DNA from: Mobula hypostoma
Taxonomy: Eukaryota
Direction of reading: 5' to 3'
Assembly: GCF_963921235.1 (NCBI RefSeq)
Contig: NC_086097.1
Location: forward strand, 9,858,001 to 9,922,000
Length of the DNA stretch: 64,000 bases
Below are positions 38,346 through 51,038 of this stretch, in pieces. How positions within the stretch are numbered: position 1 is the first letter of the stretch; the number at the start of each line of letters is the position of its first letter. Both the position numbers and the translations under genes were made by a program. The notes under the pieces were generated by a model that saw only the letters and a program-made list of their open reading frames with translations, did not search any database and was not told the origin of the DNA.

Positions 38346-38560
38346 ACTTATTTATTTATTATTATTTCTTTATTTTTGCACTAGTACAGTTTATTGTCTC
38401 TTGCACACTGGTTGTACTCAGTTGGCGTGGTCCTTCATTAATTCTATTATGGTTGTTGGATTTATTGATTATGCCCACAAGAAAATTAATCTCTGGGTTG
38501 TATATGGCGACCTATACAGTATGCACCTTGATAATAAATTTACTTTGAATTTATCTTGTA

Positions 38561-38845
38561 CCAGGGGTGATTGATAAGTTTGTGGCCTGGGGTAGAAGGA
38601 GTCAATTTTAGAAAACCTAGCACATTTATTTTTCAACATCGTCCCCTCCTACATTTACACACTTAGTCCAGCGGTTATGGAGCATACAGATCTTGGACCT
38701 CCAGAAAGCGTCCACAGCAGGGGTGATTGATAAGTTCATGGCCTAAGGTAGAAGGAGATGGGTTATACGGCTGTAGTTACATGCACATGCAGGTTAACTC
38801 TTTGAGTGATAACGCAGAAAGTTTGAAGTTAATAACTCATCTCGG
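38561..38845. mobile_element. Mariner-derived MITE, truncated
   Basis: TA|CCAGGGGTGATTGATAAG and a second internal TIR at ~38718; same modules as 15687-16172. Confidence 0.8.
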
Positions 38846-38864
38846 TTAATAAATCATCTCAGAC

Positions 38865-40797
38865 TTCTGAAAGAAGTGGCTGAAAAGGTGGTAGAGTCAT
38901 TAGTAATGATCTTTCAAGAGTCATTAGAATCTGGAATGGTTCCGGAAGACTGGAAAATTGCAAATGTCACTGCACTTTTCAGGAATGGAGAGAGGCAGAA
39001 GAAAGGAAACTATAGGCCAGTTAATTTGACTTCAGTGGTTGGGAGGATGTTGGAGTCAATTATTAAGGATGAGTTCTCAGGTTACTTGGTGGGACATGAT
39101 AAAATAGGCCAAAGTCAGCATGGTTTCATCAAGGGAAAATCCTGCTTGACAAATCTGTTAGAATTCTTTGAAGAAGTAGTAAGCAAGATAGACAAAGGAA
39201 AATTGCTTGAATCACCTGGACTGTAAACATCGGCTGTGTAGCAAAAAAAAGTACAACAGTGTCTCTTCTGCCTCAGGTGACCAAAGAAGTTCGGCATGAG
39301 CCCTCAAATCCTCAAGACCTTCTACAGGTGCACCATTGAGAGCTGTTTCACTCCTGGTATGGGAACTGCACCAACCTTGATCATTGGGCACTGCAGAGAC
39401 TGGTATGGACAGTCCAGCACATCTGTGGATATGAACTTCCCTCCATTAAGGACATTTACAGCAGCAGGTGCATAAAGAAGGCCCAGAAGATCATCAGGGA
39501 CACCAGTCACCCCAACCATAAACTGCTTCAGCTGCTTCCATCTGGCAAACGGTACCACATCATTCAAGTCAGGACTGACAGGCGATGGGACAGCTTCTTT
39601 CTACAAGCCATTAGACTTATAAATTCACTTTTCTGTACATTGCAACGGAGTCATAACACAAAGATTTTTACTCCCTCACTTTGTAGGATGTGTAAGATTA
39701 AATAAATTCAAATTCAAATTCAAATCCGATGTTGTGTACTTGAATTTTCAGAAGGCCTTTGACAAGGTTGGCAGGAGGCAATGAGTGGGAATGAAGGGAG
39801 CATTTTCTGGCTGGCTGCCAGTGACTAATAGTGTTTCAAAGGGGTCTGTGTTGGGACCAGCTCTTTTATGTTATATGTCAATGATTTGGATAATGGCTTT
39901 TTTGCAAAGTTTGCAGATGATATGAAGATACATGGAGTGGCAGGTAGTTTTGAGGAAGTGGAGAAGCTACAGAAGGACTTAAATGAGGAAAATGGGCAAA
40001 GCCTTGGCAAATGGAATTCTATGTTGGGAATTGTATGGTCATGCACTTTGGTAGAAGAAATGAAAGAGTTGACTTCTTTTCTATATGGAGAGAAAATACA
40101 AAAAAAATGAGGTGCAAAAGGAACTGGGAGTGTTTGTGCAGGATTCCCTAAAGGCTAATTTGCAGGTTGAATCCGTGGTGAGGAAGGCAAATGCAATGTT
40201 AGCATTAATTTCAAGAGGACTAGAATATAAAAGCAAGGATGTAATGTTGAGACTTTATAAAGCACTGGTGAGGCCTCAGTTGGAGTATTGTGAACAGGTT
40301 TGGGCCCCTTATCTTAGAGAAGATGAGCTGAAACTAAAGAGGGTTCAATGGCTTGTCATGTGAGAGTGTTTGATGGCTGTGGGCCAGTTTTCACTAGAAT
40401 TCAGATGAATGAGGGGTGACCTCATTGAAACCTATTGAATGCTGAAAGGCCTTGATAGCGTGGATGTGGAGAGGATGTTTCCTATGCAGGAGAGTCTAAG
40501 ACCAGAGGACACAGCCTCAGAATAGAGGGGCATCCTTTTAGAACGGAGATGAGGAGGAATTTCTTTAGCAAGAGAGTGGTGAATCTATGGAATTCTTTGC
40601 CACAGGTAGCTGCAGAGACAAGTCATTATGTATATTTAAGGCAGAGGTTGATAGATTCTTCATTGGTCAGGGCATGAAGGGATATGGAGGAAAGCAGGAA
40701 ATCGGGGCTGAGAGGAAAATTGGATCAGCCATGATGAAATGATGGAGTTGACTTAATGGGCTAAATGAACTAATTCTGCTCCTACATCTTATGGTCT
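38865..40797 (+). mobile_element. CR1 ORF2 fragment with a nested Rex1 3' fragment (~39205-39725)
   Basis: PEDWKIANVTALF...GNYRPV...QHGFIKGKSCLTNLLEFFEE; the CR1 resumes at gatgttgtgtacttgaattttcagaagg after the insert. Confidence 0.85.
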
Positions 40798-41897
40798 TTT
40801 GGAAATTACATTAAACAATCTTGAATTTTGAATCTTAAGTGAGAATTACAAAAGTGAGGAGAGAAGAACCTGTTGAAAGGCTCCCAATTAAGCAAAATAG
40901 AAGACTGGAGTTTGCTTTAGAAATGTTGATTAAATTTCCATCCAGAGACCCTAGTTACCTTTCCAGCAATGGTCCTGATTATAATGCATTGAAATCTCAA
41001 TCACACACACACAGAAAAGTATGAGCCAGATGTGGCATTAATTTTACTCTGTAAGTGAACAGAAATGCAAAGGCCACATGGCACTGCTGTATGGAACAGT
41101 GAGTGTTTGGTTTGTGCAGTACAGTGCCTCGGCTTGTATAGTTCCGGCCTCACAAGGCCAATGGCCCAGGTTCAGTCCTGTCTTCTGTGTATCTTGGAAA
41201 TTCTCTCTGCGACCATTCTTCCTGGCACTCAAATCTCCCAAAGGTACACGTCGGTGTCGGTCAACTGAGAGTTGTAAATCAAATAATCAAAGTGTAGAGG
41301 TGAATGGTCGAATATGGGAGGACAGTTGGGAAGTTGATTTGTGGAGGGTAGCTGGAGGGAAGGGGATATTGATGTGAATACAGGGGAATAGATTACAAGG
41401 AAAATTAGTGAAAGAATGGAATTGAATTAAGAGAGGATAGACTTACTGGAATGAACGTCCTACCAATGACTGTCTTTTGAGCGTCGTGGGAGCTGAATTC
41501 TGAAGGAAAGCAGTTTTTTTTTTAAAAACTTCTTCGAGTGCTAGAAGGACCAGACTGTGCAGGTGCGTGATGTCAACAGGACAGCACGGAGAGTTTAAAA
41601 AGGAGACCACCCTATATAGCGAGCAGCTGTTGGAGCTGGTAGCAGAGTGAGTGGGAGCAGAGTGTAGGGCTTTGGCTTCAACGGGCTTTGGCGGTAAACG
41701 GGAAGAGGCGAAAGTGAGGCACAAACTCTTTTTTTCTCCCCTCCCCCCCCTTTCGCGAATTGGCACGGACAGACAGGAACAGCAGGGCTCTCATAGCTAA
41801 CAGTACGAGCTAACGGTTTAAAAAGTTCATCTGTTTTGCGATGTAAGTGGGTGAGTAGACTTACTTTTCCTGTTTCATTCCTGTAGAATTAGATAGC

Positions 41898-43562
41898 ATG
41901 CCTGCAGGGTTAGTGCTTTCGTACAGGGTCTTTCTTTTCTGTTAAATTTCAAATGGCTTCTTTGTTATGTTATACTGGGGAATGCTGAGAAAGTCTCTAA
42001 CTAGACAGTTGCTTGGGTTATTATAGATAGCAGGGTGCTATTAGCCAATGGGTGGTCATGTATCGTTTTGTTTTCAGATACAATGCTGTCTCATGTGTCT
42101 GTGGACTGGGTTTTGGCGGGGATTCAGAGGAGAGATGAGAAGGACGGTGGACGGGGAGGACAACAGGGAGTCGGAGGAGAGACGGGGAGTCAGAGGAGAG
42201 ACGGGAAGGACGGCGGAGAGACGGGGAGTTGGAGGAGAGATGGAGAGGACGGTGGACGGGGTTTTTGGCGGGGAGTCGGCGGAGAGACGAGGAGGACGGT
42301 GAATGTGCAAAAAGCTCCGGTCGATCACTCAAGGTGGTCCCGAGCTGTGAGTCGACAGGATCTGGGTGGTCATCAGGAATCGATTGAGCTTCAATGGTTG
42401 TGCACGAAGAACTTGGACTTTGATAAGTGTTGGCGCTTTTTTTTCATTGCTTCCTCTTCTGTATCGAATTTATATTAATGTCATAGAATTAGTAATATCT
42501 ATAAAGTGTACTTGTTAAAATTTACTGGGTGCGCTGGCTGATGATTGATGTTTGGGATTGATTCGGGCGGCCCTGTGGGGAGCGTTGAGGCAGGTGCTGG
42601 GTGGGATTTCCCCGAGACATATATGAGCCAATATAACTGAACGTTACACTTTGTTCAGGGTGTCAGATGTGGGAATCTGGGAGACCTCCAGCCTTCCTGA
42701 TGGCTACATCTGTGCCAGATGCACCGAGATGCAGCTCCTCAGAGACCGTGTTAGGGATCTGGAGCTGCAGCTTGATGACCTACTGCTTATCAGGGAAAGT
42801 GAAGAGGTGATACACAGGAGCTACAGGGAGGTAGTCATCCCTAGGCTACAGGGGTCAGAAAACTGGGTCACCGTCAAGAGAGGGAAGAGAATTGCCCAGA
42901 TAGTGGAGAGCACATCTGTGGCTGTCCCCCTCAGCAACAAATAACTTGTTCTGGATGCTGTTGAGGGGGTGACCTGTCAGGGGACACCCATGGTGACCGG
43001 ATCTCTAGCACTGAGCCTGGCGCTGTTGTGCAGGAGAGAAGGAGGGAGAAGAGGAATGCAGTAGTCGTAGGGGATTCCATAGTCACGAGAATGGACAGGA
43101 GATTCTGTGAGCCTGATAGAGATACCCGCATGGTGTGTTGCCTCCCAGGTGCCAGGGTATGGGATGTCTCAGATCGGGTCCAGAATATTCTGAAGGGGGA
43201 GGATGAGCAGCCAGTTGTCTTGGTACATGTTGGTACCAATGACAGATAGGACAAAGGAGGAGGTCCTGAAGAGAGATTTCCAGGAGTTAGAAAGGAAGCT
43301 GAGAAGCAGGACCTCCAGGGTAGTAATCTCGGGATTGCTACCTGTGCCACGTGCTAGCGAGGGCAAGAATAGTAGGATCAGGCAGATGAATGCGTGGCTG
43401 AGAGACTGGTGTAGGGGGCAGGGCTTCAGATTCTTGGATAATTGGGATCTCTTCTGGGGGAAGTATGACCTGCTCAGAAAGGACAGGTTACACCTGAACC
43501 CAAAGGGGACTAATGTCCTGGCGGGAAAGTTTAATAGAGCTGTTAGAGAGGGTTTAAACTAA
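41898..43562 (+). pseudogene. CR1 ORF1: CxxC/CxxC zinc finger, leucine zipper, SGNH/GDSL esterase; interrupted by a solo LTR
   Basis: Removing the LTR joins MPAGLVLCSGCQMWE to YICARCTEMQLLRDRVRDLELQL; esterase blocks VGDS, VHVGTND, DRLHLN. Confidence 0.85.
41920..42648. mobile_element. Solo LTR (family B) with an internal G-rich minisatellite
   Basis: (C/T)GTA...TTACA termini; perfect CTTT TSD at 41916-41919 and 42649-42652. Confidence 0.8.
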
Positions 43563-43744
43563 TTTGGCAGGGGGATGGGAACCGGAATGACAGAGCAAAG
43601 GAAGGGGAAAACAGAAATAAATCTAAGATAGTGAGCAGTAAAGATGTCAGGAAAGACAGGCAGGCGATAGGGCAAATTTGTAGCCATTGGGATGAGTTGC
43701 AGTGCAATAAAGTGGCAGTGAAATCAAAGCGAAAAGTACCAAAT

Positions 43745-46565
43745 ACTGGTCTTAAGGTGTTATACTTAAATGCATAAGGAATAAGGTGGATGATCTTGTC
43801 GTACAGCTACAGAATGGCAGGTATGATATTGTGGCCATCACTGAGACGTGGCTAAAGGATGCATGTCTCAGTGAGCTGAACGTCCAAGGATACACGGTGT
43901 ATCGGAAGGATAGGAAGGTAGGCAGAGGGGGAGGCATGGCTTTATTGGTAAGAAATGATATTAAACCATTAGAAAGAGGCGATATAGGATCGGAAGGTGC
44001 AGAATCTTTATGGGTTGAGCTAAGAAATTGCAAGGGTAAAAGGACCCTGATGGCAGTTATTTATAGGCCTCCAAACAGCTGCAGGGATATGGACTACAAA
44101 TTACAACAGGAAATAGAAAAGGCTTGTCATAAGGGCAGTGTTATGATAATTGTGGGGGTTTTAACATGCAAGTGGATTGGGAAAATCAGGTCGGCACTGG
44201 ATCTCAACAGAGAGAATTTGTAGAATGTCTACGAGATGGCTTTTTAGAACAGCTTGTTGTTGAGCCCACTAGAGGATTGGCTGTACTGGATTGGGTATTG
44301 TGTAATGAACCAGAGGTGATTAGAGAGATTGAGGTGAAGGAACCCTTAGGAAGCAGTGATCATAACATGATTGAGTTCGCTGTGAAATTTGAAAAAGAGA
44401 AGCCGAAATCTGATGTGTCGGTATTTCAGTGGAGTAAAGGAAATTACAGTGGCATGAGAGAGGAACTGGCCAAAGTTGACTGGAAAGGGACACTGGCGGG
44501 AAAGATGGCAGAGCAGCAGTGGCTGGAGTTTATGCGAGAAATGAGGAAGGTGCAAGGCAGGTATATTCCAAAAAAGAAGAAATTTTCGAATGGAAAAAGG
44601 ATGCAACCGTGGTTGACAAGAGAAGTCTAAGCCAAAGTTGAAGCAAAGGAGAGGGCATACAAGGAAACAAAAATTAGTGGGAAGACAGAGGATTTGGAAG
44701 TTGTTAAAACTTTACAAAAGGAAACTAAGAAGGTCATTAAGAGAGAAAAGATTAACTATGAAAGGAAGCTAGCAAAGAATATCCAAGAGGATACTAAAAG
44801 CTTTTTCAAGTATATAAAGAGTAAAAGACAGGTGAGAGTAGATATAGGACCGATAAAAAATGATGCTGGAGAAATTGTAATGGGAGATAAGGAGATGGCA
44901 GAGGAACTGAACGAGTATTTTGCATCAGTCTTCACTGAGGAAGACATCAGCAGTATACCGGACACTCAAGGGTGACAGGGAAGAGAAGTGTGCGCAGTCA
45001 CAATTATGACAGAGAAAGTACTCAGGAAGCTGAATAGTCTAAAGGTAGATAAATCACTCAGACCAGATGGAATGCACCCTCGTGTTCTGAAGGAAGTAGC
45101 TGTGGAGATTGCGGAGGCATTAGCGATGATCTTTCAAAAGTCGATAGATTCTGGCATGGTTCCGGAGGACTGGAAGATTACAAATGTCACTCCGCTATTT
45201 AAGAAGGGGGCAAGGAAGCAAAAAGGAAATTATAGACCTGTTAGCTTGACTTCGGTGGTTGGGAAGTTGTTGGAGTCGATTGTCAAAGATGAGGTTACAG
45301 AGTACCTGGAAGCATATGACAAGATAGGCAGAACTCAGCATGGATTCCTTAAAGGAAAATCCTGCCTGACAAGCCTATTACAATTTTTTGAGGAAATTAC
45401 AAGTAGGCTAGACAAGGGAGATGCAGTGGATGTTGTATATTTGGATTTTCAGAAGGCCTTTGACAAGGTGCCACACATGAGGCTACTTAACAAGATAAGA
45501 GCGCATGGAATTATGGGAAAGTTACATACGTGGGTAGAGCATTGGCTGATTGGCAGGAAACAGAGAGTGGGAATAAAGGGATCCTATTCTGGTTGGCTGC
45601 CGGTTACCAGTGGTGTTCCACAGGGGTCAGTGTTGGGGCCACTTCTTTTTACATTGTACATCAAAGATTTGGATTATGGAATAGATGGCTTTGTAGCTAA
45701 GTTTGCTGACGATACGAAGATAGGTGGAGGGGACGGTAGTGCTGAGGAAACAGAGAGTTTGCAGAGAGACTTGGATAGATTGGAAGAATGGGCAAAGAAG
45801 TGGCAAATGAAGTACAATGTTGGAAAGTGTATGGTTATGCACTTTGGCAGAAGTAATAAATGGGCAGACTATTATTTAAATGGGGAAAGAATTCAAAGTT
45901 CTGAGATGCAACAGGACTTGGGAGTCCTCATACAGGATACCCTTAAGGTTAACCTCCAGGTTGAGTCGGTAGTGAAGAAGGCGAATGCAATGTTGGCATT
46001 TATTTCTAGAGGAATAGAGTATAGGAGCAGGGATGTGATGTTGAGGCTCTATAAGGCGCTGGTGAGACCTCACTTGGAGTACTGTGGGCAGTTTTGGTCT
46101 CCTTATTTAAGAAAGGATGTGCTGACATTGGAGAAGGTACAGAGAAGATTCACTAGAATGATTCCAGGTATGAGTGGGTTAACATTTGAGGTACGTTTGT
46201 CTGCTCTTGGACTGTATTCCTTGGAGTTTTGAAGAATGAGGGGAGACCTTATAGAAACATTTTGAATGTTGAAAGGCACGGACAGAGTGGATGTGGCAAA
46301 GTTGTTTCCCATGATGGAGGAGTCTAGTACGAGAGGGCATGACTTAAGGATTGAAGGGCGCTCATTCAGAACAGAAATGCGAAGAAATTTTTTTCGCCAG
46401 AGGGTGGTGAATCTATGGAATTTGTTGCCACGGGCAGCAGTGGAGGCTAAGTCATTGGGTGTATTGAAGGCAGAGATTGATAGGTATCTGAGTAGCGAGG
46501 GCATCAAAGGTTATGGTGAGAAGGCAGGGGAGTGGGACTATATGGGAGAATGGATCAGCTCATGA
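43745..46565 (+). pseudogene. CR1 ORF2 (APE endonuclease + reverse transcriptase), several stops and frameshifts
   Basis: DIVAITETWL, IYRPP, LGSSDHN; ORF 44988..46232 has [39 protein letters not shown]. Confidence 0.92.
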
Positions 46566-46754
46566 TAAAATGGCGGAGCAGACTCGATGGGCCGAAGGGC
46601 CGACTTCTGCTCCTTTGTCTTCTAGTCTTTATATTGAAAGGAAATGTTGCACATGTGATCCAGAAAAATACTTCAATAGTAACAAAGGCAAATCCACTGT
46701 GAGCATTCATTTCTCGAGGGTAGAATACAAAACCAAGGGTATAACTTTGAGCAT

Positions 46755-49700
46755 CACACACATAATGCTGGAAGAACTCAGCAGGTCAGGCAGGATCTAT
46801 GGAAATGAATAAACAGTTGATGTTTTAGGCTGAGACCCTTCTTCAGAACTGGAAAGGTGGGACCTGTACAGATTGGATGGGTTGCACCTGAACTCGAGGG
46901 GGAGCAATATCCTTGCAGGTAGGTTTGCTAGCATGGTTCAGGAGGGTTTAAACTAATTTGCCAGGGGGATGGGACCCAGAGCGATAGGGCAGTGAAAGAA
47001 GTGCATGGAGTAAAGCCAGATCTAACATACAGAGAGGCTTTGAGGAAAGGGAAGTAGAATAAACGGTGTAAAGGTAGTAAGGTGGAAGGGCTGAAATGTG
47101 TGTACCTCAATGCAAGAAGCATCAGGAACAAAGGTGATGAACTGAGAGCTTGGATACATACATGGAATTATGATGTAGTGGCCATTACAGAGAATTGGTT
47201 GGCACCAGGGCAGGAATGGATTCTCAATATTCCTGGATTTCAGTGCTTTAAAAGGAATAGAGTGGGCGGAAAAAGGGGAGGAGAGGTGGCATTACTGGTC
47301 AGGGATACTATTACAGCTACAGAAAGGGTGGGTAATGTAGCAGGATCCTCTTTTGAGTCAATATGGGTGGAAGTCAGGAACAGGAAGGGAGCAGTTACTC
47401 TACTGGGGGTATTCTATAGGCCCCCTGGTAGCAGCAGAGATACAGAGGAGTAGATTGGGAGGCAGATTTTGGAAAGGTACAAAAATAACAGGGTTGTTAT
47501 CATGGGTGACTTTAACTTCCCTAATATTGATTGGCACCTGATTAGTTCCAAGGGTTTAGATGGGGCAGAGTTTGTTAAGTGTGTCCAGGATGGATTCCTG
47601 TTACAGTATGTGGACAGACCGACCAGGGGAAATGCCATACTAGATCTAGTACTAGGTAATGAACCGGGTCAGGTCACAGATCTATCAGTGGGTGAGCATC
47701 TGGGGGACAGTGACCACCGCTCCCTGGCCTTTATAATTATCATGGAAAAGGATAGAATCAAACAGGACAGGAAAATTTTTAATTGGGGAAAGGCAAATTA
47801 TGAGGCTATAAGGCTAGAACTTGCGGGTGTGAATTGGGATGATGTTTTTGCAGGGAAATGTACTACGGACATGTGGTCGATGTTTAGAGATCTCTTGCGG
47901 GATGTAAGGGATAAATTTGTCCCAGTGAGGAAGATAAAGAATGGTAGGGTGAAGGAACCATGGGTGACAAGTGAGGTGGAAAATCTAGTCAGGTGGAAGA
48001 AGGCAGCATACATGGGGTTTAGGAAGCAAGGATCAGATGGGTCTATTGAGGAATATAGGGAAGCAAGAAAGGAGCTTAAGAAGGGGCTGAGAAGAGCAAG
48101 AAGGGGGCATGAGAAGGCTTTGGTGAGTAGGATAAAGGAAAACCCCAAGGCAATCTTCAATTATGTGAAGAAAAAAAGGATGACAGGAGTGAAGGTAGGA
48201 CCGATTAGAGATAAAGGTGGGAAGATGTGCCTAGAGGCTGTGGAAGTGAGCGAGGTCCTCAATGAATACTTCTCTTCAGTATTCACGAATGAGAGGGAAC
48301 TTGATGATGGTGAGGACAATATGACTGAGGTTGATGTTCTGGAGCATGTTGATATTAAGGGAGAGGAGGTGTTGGAGTTGTTAACATACATTAGGACAGA
48401 TAAGTCCCCGGGGCCTGACGGAATATTCCCCAGGCTGCTCCATGAGGCAAGAGAAGAGATTGCTGAAATTTATGTCCTCGTTGTCCACGGGAATGGTACC
48501 GGAGGATTGGAGGGAGGCAAATGTTGTTCCCTTGTTCAAAAAAGGTAGTAGGGATAGTCCGGGTAATTATAGACCAGTGAGCCTTACGTCTGTGGTGGGA
48601 AAGCTGTTGGAAAAGATTCTTAGAGATAGGATCTATAGGTACTTAGAGAATCATGGTCTGATTAGGGACAGTCAGCGTGGCTTTGTGAAGGGCAGATCGT
48701 GTCTAACAAGCCTGATAGAGTTCTTTGAGGAGGTGACCAGGCATATAGATGAGGGTAGTGCAGTGGATGTGATCTATGTGGATTTTAGTAAGGCATTTGA
48801 CAAGGTTCCACATGGTAGGCTTATTCAGAAAGTTAGAAGGCATGGGATCCAGGGAAGTTTGGTCAGGTGGATTCAGAATTGGCTTGCCTGCAGAAGGCAG
48901 AGGGTGGTGGTGGAGGGAGTACATTCAGATTGGAGGATTGTGACTAGTGGTGTCGCACAAGGATCTGTTCTGGGACCTCCACTTTTCGTGATTTTTATTA
49001 ACGACCTGGATGTGGGGGTAGAAAGGTGGGTTGGCAAGTTCGCAAACGACATAAAGGTTGGTGATGTTGTAGATAGTATAGAGGATTGTCAAAGATTGCA
49101 GAGAGACATTGATAGGATGCAGAAGTGGGCTGAGAAGTGGTTGATGGAGTTCAACCCGGAGAAGTGTGAGGTGGTACACTTTGGAAGGACAAACTCCAAG
49201 GCAGAGTACAAAGTAAATGGCAGGATACTTGGTAGTGTGGAGGAGCAGAGGGATCTCGGGGTACATGTCCACAGATCCCTGAAAGTTGCCTCACAAGTGG
49301 ATAGGGTAGTTAAGAATGCTTATGGGGTATTAGCTTTCGTAAGTCGAGGGATAGATTTTAAGAGTCGCGATGTAATGATGCAGCTCTATAAAACTCTGGT
49401 TAGGCCACATTTGGAGTACTGTGTCCATTTCTGGTCACCTCACTATAGGAAGGATGTGGAAGCATTGGAAAGGATACAGAGGAGATTTACCAGGATGCTG
49501 CCTGGTTTAGAAAGTATGCATTATGATCAGAGATTAAGGGAGCTAGGGCTTTACTCTTTGGAGAGAAGGAGGATGAGAGGAGACATGATAGAGGTGTACA
49601 AGATAATAAGAGGAATAGATAGAGTGGATAGCCAGCGCCTCTTCCCCAGGGCACCACTGCTCAATACAAGAGGACATGGCTTTAAGGTAAGGGGTGGGAA

Positions 49701-51038
49701 GTTCAAGGGGGATATTAGAGGAAGGTTTTTTACTCAGAGAGTGGTTGGTGCGTGGAATGCACTGCCTGAGTCAGTGGTGGAGGCAGATACACTAGTGAAG
49801 TTTAAGAGACTACTAGACAGATATACAGAGGAATCTAAGGTGGGGGCTTATATGGGAGGCAGGGTTTGAGGGTCGGCAGAACATTGTGGGCCAAAGGGCC
49901 TGTACTGTGCTGTACTATTCTATGTTCTATGTTCTATGTTCTATGAAAGCGGGGGGTGGAATGCCGGAATAAAAAGGTGGGGTGAAGAGGTGGGAGGCTA
50001 GCTAGAAGGTGATAGGTGAAAGCGGTGGGCAGGAAAGATAAAGGGCTGGAGAGGAAGGAATCTGATAGGAGAGGAGAGTGGACCAGAGAAGGGGAAGGAG
50101 GAAAGGACTCCAGCAGAGGTGATAGGCAGTTGAGAAGAATTAGGAGACCAGATTGGGGAATAGAGGAAGAGGAGAGGGGGAGGGAAAAATATTTTATACT
50201 GGAAGGAAAAATTAACATTGATGCCATCAGGTTGGAGGGTACCCAGGAGGAACATAATGTCTTGGTTCTATACATTGCACCTGCCCATTCACCTCCACCC
50301 TCATCTCTATTCAGGGCACAAACAGTCCTTCCAGGTAAGGGAAATCTTCACCTGCAAATCTACAGGGGTGATCTATTGTTACTGGTGCTCCCAATGCAGA
50401 CTCCTCTACATTGGTGAGACCTGTCATAAGTTGGGGGATCACTTTGTTGAGTATCTCCACACCATCCTCCAAAGGAAGAAATTCCTGGTGTCCAAACATT
50501 TTAATTCCAATTTCCATTCCCATTCCAATGTGTCTGTCCATGACCTCCTCTGGTGGCAAGATGGTGCCACTCTCAGGGTGAAGGCTCAGCACCTTATATT
50601 TCATCTGGTTAGCCTCCAACCTGATAGCATGAATATTAATTTCACCTTTGGTTAATTTTTCCCTTCCCCCTCCCCTCTTCTTCTGTTCCCTACTCTGGCC
50701 TCTTACCTCTTATCAACTGCCCATTACCTCCCCGAGTCCTCTTCTCCTTCCCTTTCTCCTCTGATCCACTCTTCTCTCTTATCAGATTCCTTCCTCTCCA
50801 GACCTTTATCTTTTCTACACACCTGGCTTCACCTAGCACCTTCTAGCTGTCCTCCTTCCTCTTGCCCCCCACCTTTTTACTCTGGCGTCTTCCCCCTTCC
50901 TTCTCAGTCCGGGAGAAAGGTCTCAGGCCAAAACAACAATTGTTTATTCATTTCCATAGATGCTGCCAGACCTGCTGAGTTCCTCCTGCATTTTGTGTGT
51001 GATTCTTTGGATTTCCAGCATCTGCAGACTTTCTATGT
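46755..51038. mobile_element. Inverted pair of Penelope-like 3' fragments (minus 46755-46856 + 49945-50260; plus ~50270-51038)
   Basis: FQVREIFTCKSTGVIYCYWCSQCRLLYIGETCHKLGDHFVE on +; antisense copy of the same UTR and terminal repeat on the left. Confidence 0.8.
46857..49944 (+). mobile_element. Young 5'-truncated CR1: end of ORF1 plus nearly complete ORF2
   Basis: ORFs 47082..47453, 47469..48548 and 48442..49869 (YLNARS, IMGDFN, SDH, RT motifs); (TTCTATG)n tail; GAAAG TSD at 46852-46856 and 49945-49949. Confidence 0.95.

Larger units (their letters stand above)
41520..46625 (+). mobile_element. Near-full-length CR1 LINE (5' UTR, ORF1, ORF2, 3' UTR)
   Basis: Collinear ORF1 (zinc finger, coiled coil, SGNH esterase) and ORF2 (APE + RT) with few lesions; the 5' boundary is approximate. 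Confidence 0.9.

Noticed and set aside
42021..42478. Overlapping R/G/E-rich ORFs on both strands
   Set aside because: Artefact of a stop-poor G-rich minisatellite within a solo LTR.
44988..49869. Long RT and endonuclease ORFs as a host gene or a novel RT-based (retron/defence-like) system
   Set aside because: Motifs, tails and TSDs identify two ordinary adjacent CR1 LINE copies in a vertebrate genome.
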